From positions 104,427 through 168,426 of the IMG/VR virus record IMGVR_UViG_3300042691_012617: a stretch of 64,000 bases of DNA. One strand, written 5' to 3'. Below, piece after piece: positions 29,479 through 38,112 of this stretch. Numbering within the stretch: the stretch's first letter is position 1; every line of letters starts with the position of its first letter. A program made the translations under genes and the position numbers. This DNA is from a virus. Under the pieces are notes generated by a model. It was not told the origin of the DNA and did no database searches. It saw nothing but the letters and a program-made list of their open reading frames with translations.

Positions 29479-29910
29479 CTACGGGTTTGGCTTCTCGTCA
29501 AGGGGTTTCTTGCGAACACCAATCCGATACTTGGGAATCAGTTCCCAATCTTTCTTCTCACCAAATGGAAGGATCTTAAAGTGGGAGATCGGGCATACAG
29601 GATCTTTTGTTCCCTCAGGGTTCACGATCTTTACAAGTCCCCATTGCTCCAAGAGATTGACGATTGTGTTGCGCCGAGCCTTGTCAGAGTCGCTGAAGTC
29701 ATTCGCCAAGCCATCAAGCATAAAGAGTTCTTTGAAGTGGACAATGTAGTACTTGCCCCTCTTATGCAAGATGTGGCAAGACTGATACAGTTTGCGTTCA
29801 GTCTTGGACGAGATGCCAATACGAGTAAGCGTCTCTTTCACCTTCAGAAAGTTGTCTGCCGAAGGAAGGGTTACTTCGACTAAGTTGTTCACTATATCTT
29901 CTGTGTTCAC
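29479..29910 (-). CDS. regA: RegA translational repressor
   Basis: FLKVKETLTRIGI, LYQSCHILHK.GKYYIVHFKELF.LDG. Confidence 0.95.
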   Translation of the reverse strand: MNTEDIVNNLVEVTLPSADNFLKVKETLTRIGISSKTERKLYQSCHILHKRGKYYIVHFKELFMLDGLANDFSDSDKARRNTIVNLLEQWGLVKIVNPEGTKDPVCPISHFKILPFGEKKDWELIPKYRIGVRKKPLDEKPNP

Positions 29911-29942
29911 GGTTCATGCTTTCCATGATTGTTAGTCATGGA

Positions 29943-30338
29943 TTATTTAGCATTAGAACCGCCTTTGCTCTTCAGGAGAGCATCTAATCGCTCCTTAGGC
30001 AGTAAACGAATGTATTCAATCGCCCGCTTGCGTCCAACCTTGTAGGCAAGCATAACAGCCTCAAGCAGAGCCTCGCTCTCTTCCTCAGGCTTGATCCACT
30101 TGTCGAATCGCTTGCGCTTGCGGATGGAGTTGTAGAGATAGTCATACTGCATACGCTTCTCAGTCAGCGGCATGCAGTTCATCTCGTTGGCATACAGGAT
30201 CGTATCGGGGCTGAAGGACAGACCGCGATTGACCACGAAAGGAACATAGTCCCGTTCTGCATCGGGACTCATGTCCATCATGTTTCCTGTCTTTTCGTTG
30301 ATGCTTTTGATGTAGTCGAAAGGGCTGAGTTTGCTCAT
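29943..30338 (-). CDS. gp62: clamp loader small subunit (gp62)
   Basis: YVPFVVNRGLS, ANEMN, QYDYL, RKRKRF.KW, KGG. Confidence 0.9.
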   Translation of the reverse strand: MSKLSPFDYIKSINEKTGNMMDMSPDAERDYVPFVVNRGLSFSPDTILYANEMNCMPLTEKRMQYDYLYNSIRKRKRFDKWIKPEEESEALLEAVMLAYKVGRKRAIEYIRLLPKERLDALLKSKGGSNAK

Positions 30339-31063
30339 GTCATTTCCAAGCCTTCAATATCGATATCATCAGACTTCACATTGACGATCAGGCGCATAGG
30401 GAGATAGATCCACTTGCGCTTCTTGATGTCATACACGCTGTGAAGATAGAACTGATCATAGGCGTTTGACCCATGATACCTGTCGATCAGGGGTGCTTCA
30501 ATGTAATCCTTGCCGACAACGCAGATTCGGTGCGAAACCTTTGTCTTGACTCGCTTGCCGTTCATGTCCTCATATTCGATATCCAAGTGATTCGGATAGA
30601 TCTTTTCAAGCAGAGAATCCAACCATTCGGCAAGCATGACATCGGTCATGCCCGTGATGTCGAAGTAGGTTCCCAAGCCACCGTTGCCGCTTTCATCGCT
30701 GTGCTTCTTCGCCACCTTCATGGAGAAGTAGGATTTGCGCTCCCGAAGAAAAGCCTGACGGGCACTTTCACATTCCTTTACGAAATCGGTATATGAATAC
30801 TTAAGATCAAGCCGCTTGTTGATCTTGGAGACCTTCTCCAGTTCATCGTCCGTGATGACGCTAGACAGGAGCATGATCTTCTCCAAAGGATTCACAACCT
30901 CGCTTGCTGTTGTAGATCGAAGACCGTCAAACTCATCCCAAAACTTAGAGTTAACTTCAGAAGTCATAGATGACTTGAACTCATCGATGTAGTCCTGAAT
31001 GTTGTACCTCTTGCCGATCTCATGGATCGTGATAGACAAGTCGTTGAGGCTGTTTACAACCAT
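30335..31063 (-). CDS. hypothetical protein inserted between gp44 and gp62
   Basis: ORF with GGGAGG RBS and own CTAAATA at 31087-31093. Confidence 0.65.
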   Translation of the reverse strand: MVVNSLNDLSITIHEIGKRYNIQDYIDEFKSSMTSEVNSKFWDEFDGLRSTTASEVVNPLEKIMLLSSVITDDELEKVSKINKRLDLKYSYTDFVKECESARQAFLRERKSYFSMKVAKKHSDESGNGGLGTYFDITGMTDVMLAEWLDSLLEKIYPNHLDIEYEDMNGKRVKTKVSHRICVVGKDYIEAPLIDRYHGSNAYDQFYLHSVYDIKKRKWIYLPMRLIVNVKSDDIDIEGLEMT

Positions 31064-31089
31064 CCCGTGCCTCCCTTCGCTACCTGTAT

Positions 31090-32022
31090 TTAGGCTTTGA
31101 AGGTGCATTCGGATGCCAAGGCAACGCAACAAGCGGCTAGGTTGATCTCTTGATCGGCGGCAAAGGCTGCACGGTGCTGATACTCCGAAAGGGTGAGAAC
31201 AGCCTGTGGAATCGCTGATGTTTGCAACTCATCCAACAGGGTCTCATAGATCTTGCGGAACACATGTGCCGTATCCCTGTCTGAATTGTCAACCACCCAC
31301 TTTCGGATCTCTCCAAAGTTCTTGGTCTTGAGAGCCTTGACAAGAGTCTCGGTGCTGATATCGGACGCGACAAGGATGCCTGTGTCGATAGAGCCTGAGA
31401 CAGCGTATCGCTGAATCTCGTTCAGCACCCTGCGAAAATCGGGGAAGTGCTGAATGATGAGTTCCGCTAACACACGCTCGTCATATTCGATCTTCTCTGT
31501 ATCCAAGATCATTTTTGTGCGCGAGAGGAACTGCTTCGCCATCTTCGGCTTCTCCTTCGCGGGGATCTTGAAGTCGATGCATGTGCAGCGGCTGTGCAGC
31601 GGCTCAATGATCCGATGCTTGAAGTTGCATGTGAGTATGAAGCGACAGTTCTTGGCGAACTCTTCGATGAAGCCACGAAGAGCGGGTTGCGTTGACTGTG
31701 GATTCAGATAGTCAGCCTCATCTAGAATGACTACCTTGATACCACCGCCCAAAGAAACAGCGGATGCGAACTGCCGAATGCGAGTCCGAAGCGTGTCGAT
31801 GCCACCGTCTTCGGATGCATTGATGAACAGCACATCGCGTCCCAACTCATCGCAGAGGGCGCGGGCTACGGTTGTCTTTCCACAACCCGCGCCCCCTGAC
31901 AGGATCATGTTGGGAATGTCGCCCAACTTCACGATGTCCGTGAAGGTGTCGGCAAGTGCCTCGGGTAATACACATTCCGCGACCGTCTTTGGACGGTACT
32001 TCTCTACTAGTAGGTCGTTCAT
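31090..32022 (-). CDS. gp44: clamp loader large subunit (gp44)
   Basis: VEKYRP, GGAGCGKTT, ILDEAD, LHSRC, FPDFRR. Confidence 0.95.
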   Translation of the reverse strand: MNDLLVEKYRPKTVAECVLPEALADTFTDIVKLGDIPNMILSGGAGCGKTTVARALCDELGRDVLFINASEDGGIDTLRTRIRQFASAVSLGGGIKVVILDEADYLNPQSTQPALRGFIEEFAKNCRFILTCNFKHRIIEPLHSRCTCIDFKIPAKEKPKMAKQFLSRTKMILDTEKIEYDERVLAELIIQHFPDFRRVLNEIQRYAVSGSIDTGILVASDISTETLVKALKTKNFGEIRKWVVDNSDRDTAHVFRKIYETLLDELQTSAIPQAVLTLSEYQHRAAFAADQEINLAACCVALASECTFKA

Positions 32023-32025
32023 GTA

Positions 32026-32724
32026 TTATCCCTTGGAGGTGGTGCTGTCGGATTCCATCGCTACCCAATAGTTGACAGGTACCGTTGCTCCGCTGAACTT
32101 CGCAACACGCTTCTCCGCGAGATATACGGTGTAGTCACCATGAATCATCTTCAGGTTCTCCACCTTGAACCAAAACTTGAACGAGAGGTCGTTGGGATTC
32201 TCGCCCACAGTCAGACTCCAACTGTGTGCCGTGGGATCCTTCTTGTCACAGACGCGGATGCAGATGCCATCGTCACAAGACTCCACGCACATGTCGGGTG
32301 CCTGAAGAACCGAAGCCGCCTTGAGAATGGATACCAAGTCGGCACCACTCAGGTCAAACGAGACGAACTCCTTTGGCATGTTGATCTTCTTGTCAGCCTT
32401 GGTCAGCAACTGAGGGTCGCTGTAGAAGTACTTGACCGAAGCCTTCGAACCCGTCGAACTCACCGTGACGAAGTTCTCGTTGAACTCAAACTCGGCATCC
32501 TTGAACAGGCTCACCGTAGACAGGAACTTTGCCATGTCCCAAATGCCGAACTCCGTATCGAACTCCTCGGCAACCGTTGCCTCAGCAAGGATGGTCATGG
32601 ACGGCGAGACGGTAGTGATTGTCTTGCCCTGCTTCACATGCAGATTGCTGTTGATGGAAGCGAAGTTCTTGAGAATGTTGATGGTGTCGGAAGAGATCTT
32701 GATCTTGTTCATAGTCGCGCTCAT
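32026..32724 (-). CDS. gp45: sliding clamp (gp45)
   Basis: ILKNFASIN, FGIWD, KVENLK..GDY, YWVAME. Confidence 0.93.
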   Translation of the reverse strand: MSATMNKIKISSDTINILKNFASINSNLHVKQGKTITTVSPSMTILAEATVAEEFDTEFGIWDMAKFLSTVSLFKDAEFEFNENFVTVSSTGSKASVKYFYSDPQLLTKADKKINMPKEFVSFDLSGADLVSILKAASVLQAPDMCVESCDDGICIRVCDKKDPTAHSWSLTVGENPNDLSFKFWFKVENLKMIHGDYTVYLAEKRVAKFSGATVPVNYWVAMESDSTTSKG

Positions 32725-32784
32725 TGTGTAGAAGCCTCCTTGGCTCAGGTCGTTTGGGTAATCATACTGTGTGTATGGTCGAAG

Positions 32785-33492
32785 TCAAGTGGGGAAGAGA
32801 GATAGTTGTCCCGATTCTTTGAGATCGTTGATGATCGTTTGGACAGGCACGATGTACAGAAGGTTTGCCATCCGATTGAGACGAACAACGATGCCAATAC
32901 ATTTACCAGTATGAATGTCGTAAACACCACCGCCACTCAGACCACCTGTTCCGTTGTTCGTGATGACAAAATGCTTGTCCTTGTTCCACGGAACGGCTCT
33001 ATTTCGGTGTGCTACGATTCCTTCAGTCACCGTGTTGTCCTCGCCCATCGGTGAACCCGCTGCATATACCCCGTCTCCAACCCGTGGGGGCAAGGGCATG
33101 AAGGTAGTTCCACCCCTGATGCACCGAGTGTCCCCCACGGGCCGAAGGATCGCCCAATCAGATTCGGTTTCGTATGCAACGACATCAGCGGTGAATATCT
33201 CTTTTACATCATCATTATCAGGGTCAGTCTGAGAGACAAGATAGAGTCCCTTTCCATCGCCAATCACATGCGCTGCTGTCAGGATGAAGAGTTGTCCATC
33301 CTTCGTATACGCAACACCCGATCCAACTGAAATTGTTCCGTCCACACAGGCATGTATCTCAACGGTACTACGAAGCACCTGTTCAGCGATAGTCTCTTTT
33401 GTATCCTGTGTTGATGATATTGAGGGCGAATTGATGGCGACTCCCATCAGAAGAATCGCGGCAACTGCGAAACCGAACAGCCTGTTTCCCAT
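32785..33492 (-). CDS. exported trypsin-like serine protease
   Basis: Signal peptide; ILTAAHV, DWAIL, GLSGG; late ATAAATA at 33529-33535. Confidence 0.82.
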   Translation of the reverse strand: MGNRLFGFAVAAILLMGVAINSPSISSTQDTKETIAEQVLRSTVEIHACVDGTISVGSGVAYTKDGQLFILTAAHVIGDGKGLYLVSQTDPDNDDVKEIFTADVVAYETESDWAILRPVGDTRCIRGGTTFMPLPPRVGDGVYAAGSPMGEDNTVTEGIVAHRNRAVPWNKDKHFVITNNGTGGLSGGGVYDIHTGKCIGIVVRLNRMANLLYIVPVQTIINDLKESGQLSLFPT

Positions 33493-33573
33493 AGCACACC
33501 TCCTCAGAGGGGTGACTCGCCCAAAGGTTATTTATCATTATGTAATGTCATCGCGGACAAGAAATCTCGGAAA

Positions 33574-33647
33574 TGACCCTAAGGGGATTCGAACCCCTGT
33601 TATCTCCGTGAAAGGGAGGTGTCCTAGACCAACTAGACGATAGGGCC
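33574..33647 (-). tRNA. tRNA-Glu(UUC)
   Basis: GGCCCTA..CTCC-CT-TTC-AC-GGAG..GGTTCGAATCC..TAGGGTCA. Confidence 0.92.
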
Positions 33648-33684
33648 AAAGAAAGGGGGGAGGGGACTACGCCCACTCCCCCCA
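33648..33684 (-). terminator. rho-independent terminator-like hairpin
   Basis: GGGGGGAG..CTCCCCCC stem followed by TTTCTTT. Confidence 0.55.
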
Positions 33685-33708
33685 AAGCGCAAAGGTGTTT
33701 CCCTTTGC

Positions 33709-34134
33709 TTAACGCTTAGAGGAGGACTTTTCCTTGAGTTCGTAGAAGTCTTCCTTCATCTCGCTGAGGTCACGCCACACGGCGGCAAGATCCTTTTCAG
33801 AATCATTCTTGCGCTTCTCTTCAAGCGTGTCGATGTGCGTGTACAGATCCTCAAGTTGACGCTGATTGCTTGCGCGGCGTTCCTCTTCTTCTGCCTCCTT
33901 GAGAACCTTCTTCACACGATCATTCGCATCCATGATGCACATTCCTGCCTGATTCACGATGAGACCCATCGCAATCCACAGCAGGGCATTTGCGCCACCC
34001 TGATACGCCTGATACGCACCGAAGCCGACAGCGACAAGACCCGTAAGAACAAACAGCCCACCGAAGTCAACCTGTTCGAACCACGACTTGCTCGTACTGC
34101 CGCTGTAATACCGATTCATTCTCACAATGCTCAT
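33709..34134 (-). CDS. membrane protein with C-terminal coiled coil
   Basis: Two hydrophobic segments then charged helix; AAGGAG RBS; sigma70-like promoter at 34187-34214. Confidence 0.7.
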   Translation of the reverse strand: MSIVRMNRYYSGSTSKSWFEQVDFGGLFVLTGLVAVGFGAYQAYQGGANALLWIAMGLIVNQAGMCIMDANDRVKKVLKEAEEEERRASNQRQLEDLYTHIDTLEEKRKNDSEKDLAAVWRDLSEMKEDFYELKEKSSSKR

Positions 34135-34229
34135 ATCAAATCTCCTTGGTGTCTGTGACACCTTCTTGGGTTCAAGATCATGGGAGATGCTAACAGGTCT
34201 CCCATTCATGTCAAGCAAAATCAAAGGCT

Positions 34230-34637
34230 TCATATGACTGTCAGAGAGCAATATGCTCTGTTTGGAGTTCCACGGTAGTAGCCGAAGATAAGAAGGTGTC
34301 TCTTGTTCTGCTTGCCGCCGCGAACGATTGTTCCGTACTTTATGATTCGCTGACCCATCGTCCGCTGCCAACTGTTGCTAGCAGCAAAGGCTGTGATTGC
34401 GCTTCTCATAGATGTATCGATGGTTCCCTTGAAGAAGTACCCCTTGGTGGAGCCGCCCCATACATTCGACTCCTTCATGAGTTCTACAAGTTGAAGAATT
34501 TCCTTGTAGCCTTTGCTATCAGCCTTGCCGTTCTTCCCCAACTTGGTCGCAAGCAACGCCTTCATCTCGCCCGTGGGGGCGCATGTGCGTGTGCGACACG
34601 CAGTCACACGGGCGTTGTTGCGAAGTGATTTAGCCAC
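34230..34637 (-). CDS. hypothetical protein (start uncertain)
   Basis: ORF in gene-dense strand. Confidence 0.55.
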   Translation of the reverse strand: MAKSLRNNARVTACRTRTCAPTGEMKALLATKLGKNGKADSKGYKEILQLVELMKESNVWGGSTKGYFFKGTIDTSMRSAITAFAASNSWQRTMGQRIIKYGTIVRGGKQNKRHLLIFGYYRGTPNRAYCSLTVI

Positions 34638-35034
34638 CGCTCTTCTTCTTCTTGATCAGCGTGATCTTTCTCTTGACATCAGGACGCTTCATGAACTCCT
34701 CAACATCAGCAAGTGCCTGTAGTTTGAAGGCAATGTACATGTTGGAGGAGAACTTGCCCTTTACATCACCAAGCATCGCTACCAGTTTTACCGATTCAAC
34801 TACTCCAATGTACTCGGCAAGACGCATCGCATCCCGCTGAATGTCCCTCTTCAGGGTGGACACCTTCATGGTTCCATACCCGATCAAGTGAACCACAGGA
34901 TCATTTACATCATCGCTGAAATCCAAACTCTTGGCATTGATACCATTTATGGGCAGGAAATAAGAAGGAGTGTCCTGCTCGTTAAGCATGTTGCGAATGT
35001 CGTTCACAAGTGGATTGTTGAATGGGTCTTTCAT
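34630..35034 (-). CDS. hypothetical late protein
   Basis: CTAAATA at 35041-35047, 6 nt before ATG; ..IRNMLNE.. leader. Confidence 0.65.
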   Translation of the reverse strand: MKDPFNNPLVNDIRNMLNEQDTPSYFLPINGINAKSLDFSDDVNDPVVHLIGYGTMKVSTLKRDIQRDAMRLAEYIGVVESVKLVAMLGDVKGKFSSNMYIAFKLQALADVEEFMKRPDVKRKITLIKKKKSGG

Positions 35035-35043
35035 ATCCACTAT

Positions 35044-35700
35044 TTAGTCCCAACTGCTATCAGGATTCTGCTCGGAAAGAATCTCATACTCCATGCGGGT
35101 CGCACAGTCTTCGCAGAGAGTCTTGATCCAAGAGCCGTTCTTGCGCTTGCAGAGGGTTCCAAGGGTGCCGCAGATCTCACACACGCTGCCCGACAGGTTC
35201 TCTGTCATGTCTACGAGACCGCGAATCCTATCGTTTCCACCCCCATAGTAGAAGCGGAGAGTGCCGAACTTCTCCTTCATCTGAAGGATCTGAAATGGAG
35301 TGTCCCCCTGCGCGAGGGAGGGATCGCGTTCGATCTCGCGGTCGATGGCTGCGGCTAGGTTCTCAATCAGACCATCCCATCCGTACCCGAACTCCCAATA
35401 AACAGTTCCGACAGATCGTTGTGGATCATCGACTTTGGTGCCGCTCCCGAAGACTCGGGGGTAACGGGCTTCGATGTCTTCTCTTCGCTTTTCCTGCGTG
35501 TATACGAGGTCTCCGCAAAGTTTGTTGACGGCTTCAACGACTCGGGAGTCTGAAGAGCCGTTTCGACTTCCTCCCCCTCCTCCTGCTTGAACCTCACCGC
35601 CCTGTAGTTGGTCTTCGACGCGCTCTTCTTGTGTATCTCGTTCAGCCATTTTGTATCCTTTTCTGCATCTGATTCGCTTGCGTAAACACAGACAACACAA
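35044..35700 (-). CDS. conserved phage protein (KEKFG motif); start uncertain
   Basis: GWDGLI, QMKEKFGTLRFY, CEICG, LCEDC. Confidence 0.72.
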   Translation of the reverse strand: MCCLCLRKRIRCRKGYKMAERDTQEERVEDQLQGGEVQAGGGGGSRNGSSDSRVVEAVNKLCGDLVYTQEKRREDIEARYPRVFGSGTKVDDPQRSVGTVYWEFGYGWDGLIENLAAAIDREIERDPSLAQGDTPFQILQMKEKFGTLRFYYGGGNDRIRGLVDMTENLSGSVCEICGTLGTLCKRKNGSWIKTLCEDCATRMEYEILSEQNPDSSWD

Positions 35701-35774
35701 CCATGGTCTATTAGATAGCCATGATCGTCATTTCCATGAAAGACCCTTACTGCCCATTGCTTTGCTTTTGCCAC
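35367..35774 (-). CDS. hypothetical protein overlapping downstream gene
   Basis: ORF coupled to upstream gene; long 3' overlap. Confidence 0.45.
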   Translation of the reverse strand: MAKAKQWAVRVFHGNDDHGYLIDHGCVVCVYASESDAEKDTKWLNEIHKKSASKTNYRAVRFKQEEGEEVETALQTPESLKPSTNFAETSYTRRKSEEKTSKPVTPESSGAAPKSMIHNDLSELFIGSSGTDGMV

Positions 35775-36079
35775 TTCTTCACCTCTTTGTATGCCTTCTC
35801 GTTGTATTCTACGGAGATCAGCACGGCAGCGTAACCATCATGCCCTGAATCGATTGGCTGAATGGCAGCGATTGTACCAAGGTGATAGAACTGCTCACCA
35901 ATCATGAGGAAAGGCCCACCTTCGAAGTCATACATGTCATGACCCCCGCGAGTAAAGCATGCCTTGCCCATCACCTTGTAGACACCGCGCTCGACATCGG
36001 TCGGCTTGATAGTGCGAATGTCCCCGTAGCGACTTCGGACATCGAATTCAAAGTGCTGCCAATTTGATTTGGTGTTCAT
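35747..36079 (-). CDS. hypothetical early protein
   Basis: ORF directly after consensus sigma70 promoter. Confidence 0.7.
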   Translation of the reverse strand: MNTKSNWQHFEFDVRSRYGDIRTIKPTDVERGVYKVMGKACFTRGGHDMYDFEGGPFLMIGEQFYHLGTIAAIQPIDSGHDGYAAVLISVEYNEKAYKEVKKWQKQSNGQ

Positions 36080-36086
36080 AGCGTTT

Positions 36087-36115
36087 AGTATACCTCAGGA
36101 AAAGAGGCGTGTCAA
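36087..36115 (-). promoter_or_regulatory. sigma70-like promoter
   Basis: TTGACA-N17-TATACT. Confidence 0.8.
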
Positions 36116-36116
36116 G

Positions 36117-36198
<82 letters not shown>

Positions 36199-36201
36199 GA
36201 A

Positions 36202-36273
36202 AGCCACCTATCGGATTTGAACCGATGACCTGTTCATTACAAGTGAACTGCACTACCGCTGTGCTAAGGTGGC
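36202..36273 (-). tRNA. tRNA-Thr(UGU)
   Basis: GTTCA-CT-TGT-AA-TGAAC cloverleaf. Confidence 0.93.
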
Positions 36274-36276
36274 GTA

Positions 36277-36347
36277 TTCCCTCGTATGGATTCGAACCAT
36301 AACTAGAAGAATCAAAATCTCCTGTGCTACCGTTACACAACAAGGGA
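36277..36347 (-). tRNA. tRNA-Gln(UUG)
   Basis: GGAGA-TT-TTG-AT-TCTTC cloverleaf. Confidence 0.88.
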
Positions 36348-36348
36348 A

Positions 36349-36420
36349 CTGGTTCGGAAGGATTCGAACCTTCAACCGTCCCGTTAACAGCGGGATGCAC
36401 TACCGTTGTGCTACGAACCA
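36349..36420 (-). tRNA. tRNA-Asn(GUU)
   Basis: TCCCG-CT-GTT-AA-CGGGA cloverleaf. Confidence 0.92.
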
Positions 36421-36425
36421 TCAAG

Positions 36426-36499
36426 GGTGTCTGACGGGACTTGAACCCGCAACGGGGAGAATCACAATCTCCTGCACTACCAATTGTGCTACAGTCACC
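36426..36499 (-). tRNA. tRNA-His(GUG)
   Basis: GGAGA-TT-GTG-AT-TCTCC, G-1 and C discriminator. Confidence 0.9.
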
Positions 36500-36502
36500 G
36501 TA

Positions 36503-36582
36503 AGCGTAGTGAGGGTCTTGAACCCCTTCTCAATCGCTGCTTGCAAGTCAACGATCCTATCCAACCTAGTGTCGGGCTACGC
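36503..36582 (-). ncRNA. non-canonical tRNA-like RNA (UGC at loop centre)
   Basis: GCGTAG/CTACGC acceptor, GGTTCAAGACCC T-arm, 7-bp anticodon stem with 9-nt loop, atypical D-arm. Confidence 0.55.
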
Positions 36583-36586
36583 GAAA

Positions 36587-36658
36587 AGCGAACGATGGGA
36601 TTCGAACCCACGACCATCGGTTTGGAAAACCGAGACTCTACCGCTGAGTTACATTCGC
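36587..36658 (-). tRNA. tRNA-Gly(UCC)
   Basis: TCGGT-TT-TCC-AA-ACCGA cloverleaf. Confidence 0.92.
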
Positions 36659-36663
36659 GTGAA

Positions 36664-37006
36664 TGGAGTCGGGGGGAATCGAACCCCCGTGTTGACATGC
36701 TTTCCGTGGTGCCTACTACGCCAATAGCCTTCACTTGTTCAGATCCGCCGCTGAAGGCGACTTAGCGGATCAGAGTGGGACTCTTTGTTCTCGGCTTCCT
36801 TCGGCGTTCCCGTTCCCGAAAGCCCAACCGCTGATTTGCTCCTTACACCCTAGCGGTGTCGTAGTGCTTGGAGGTCACGCTGCGAGAGCGTAACGGCGAG
36901 TCTGCTTGTTGGCAGTTTTGGTTTCCATACGCTTTTAAGAGCCTAGCATGGTTCCTCTTGGCGCATCACTCATCAGTCTTCATGCAATCGATGCCTGATC
37001 GACCCC
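36664..37006 (-). ncRNA. ssrA: tmRNA; tag ORF 36875-36913 = ANKQTRRYALAA*
   Basis: 5' GGGGTCGA..TCGA, 3' GGGTTCGATTCCCCCCGACTCCA with G3:U70, resume context AAAACT-GCC, tag ending YALAA. Confidence 0.92.
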
Positions 37007-37028
37007 TTATGAACTTGTCAAGACATGT

Positions 37029-37057
37029 AGTCTAGCACACATCTTGGTTCTTGTCAA
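37029..37057 (-). promoter_or_regulatory. sigma70-like promoter driving tmRNA/tRNA cluster
   Basis: TTGACA-N17-TAGACT. Confidence 0.75.
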
Positions 37058-37059
37058 CC

Positions 37060-37425
37060 TCACTTTAGGCGAAGTAGATACTTTGTTTTGTTCAGGTCGC
37101 CTACCATCTCGTCGCGGATGTTGAGAAGATCCGTGTCCTCGGGCTTGAGCATGGCAGGAACATCCTTGGTCATGTACGCAATAGTTTTGTCGATGAATTC
37201 GACACAACCCGCGTTGTCCTTGTAGTTGACCACGGTCAGTTTGTAATCGTTCTTGGCAGTAGGAACGCCATAACGCCCTGAGAAAGTCTCAACGAACTCA
37301 TCGATGTTGCTACCCAGGGAATCATAGAGACCTCCCAAAGCCTGATGTTCGGCGTAAGACTTGGTTTGCCAATGGAAGACTCGGATTTGAGCCTGAAGGG
37401 TGAGTAGGGTGGTGATGAGTGTCAT
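37060..37425 (-). CDS. ferritin/Dps-like DUF5856-type protein
   Basis: HWQTKSYAEHQALG..YD..IDEFVE..G; DLLNIRDEM..NKTKYLL. Confidence 0.78.
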   Translation of the reverse strand: MTLITTLLTLQAQIRVFHWQTKSYAEHQALGGLYDSLGSNIDEFVETFSGRYGVPTAKNDYKLTVVNYKDNAGCVEFIDKTIAYMTKDVPAMLKPEDTDLLNIRDEMVGDLNKTKYLLRLK

Positions 37426-37433
37426 ACCGCTAT

Positions 37434-37673
37434 TTAGCCTTCCTCTGTGAGGTACTGGCTGATGTCCTTTTTCATCTCCTCAATACTTCTTTTTGCATCC
37501 TCAAGGATCTTGCGCGAAGCCTCGGCATAACCAATCCGATACTCCTCCCAATAGACAGTCTTATCACTAGTTGCGCTGCCCCATCCCATAGGGGAGGCGT
37601 TTGGCTTCCCCGCTTGGCGGTCGTTCCAACCATCCTTGTACCCCTGACCAGGGGAATAGATCACATCACTCAT
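37434..37673 (-). CDS. hypothetical protein
   Basis: 79-aa ORF, ATGA-coupled to upstream gene. Confidence 0.6.
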   Translation of the reverse strand: MSDVIYSPGQGYKDGWNDRQAGKPNASPMGWGSATSDKTVYWEEYRIGYAEASRKILEDAKRSIEEMKKDISQYLTEEG

Positions 37674-38011
37674 GACTTCTTTCCCTTTCCAACCTTGCGG
37701 GTGACGAGGATCTTGCCATCGCGGACGCGGATGTCAAGAGGAGTCCCCACCCGAATCTTCATCTTGCGACAGACCTCAGGTGGGATGCGAATATAGCACT
37801 TCTTCTCACTTGTCTCCTGACCCGTCTTGGGGTCTAGGTCAAGGAAAAGAGATTCTTCGATGGGAACGATCCATGAAGTGGGTGGCTTCTCCGAACGCTT
37901 CTGTTTTGGCTTGGACTTTTCACCAAAGATCGCGTCATAGTTCCTGTCGAACTCGGACTTGTTGATTGGGCGATACGAGTCGCCCTTTCCTGCACCGTGA
38001 ATACCTTCCAT
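37670..38011 (-). CDS. protein with C-terminal AbrB/MazE-like domain
   Basis: GKGDSYRP N-terminus; YIRIPPEVCRKMKIRVGTPLDIRVRDGKILV. Confidence 0.65.
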   Translation of the reverse strand: MEGIHGAGKGDSYRPINKSEFDRNYDAIFGEKSKPKQKRSEKPPTSWIVPIEESLFLDLDPKTGQETSEKKCYIRIPPEVCRKMKIRVGTPLDIRVRDGKILVTRKVGKGKKS

Positions 38012-38033
38012 AACAACTCCTTTCAATCACTAG

Positions 38034-38106
38034 TAGCGCGAGTGGGATTCGAACCCACACTATGTTGATTTTGAGTCAACTGACTCTGCCGTTGGTCTAC
38101 CGCGCC
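38034..38106 (-). tRNA. tRNA-Leu(CAA) with short variable loop
   Basis: GTTGA-CT-CAA-AA-TCAAC; 73 nt. Confidence 0.85.
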
Positions 38107-38112
38107 ATGAAA

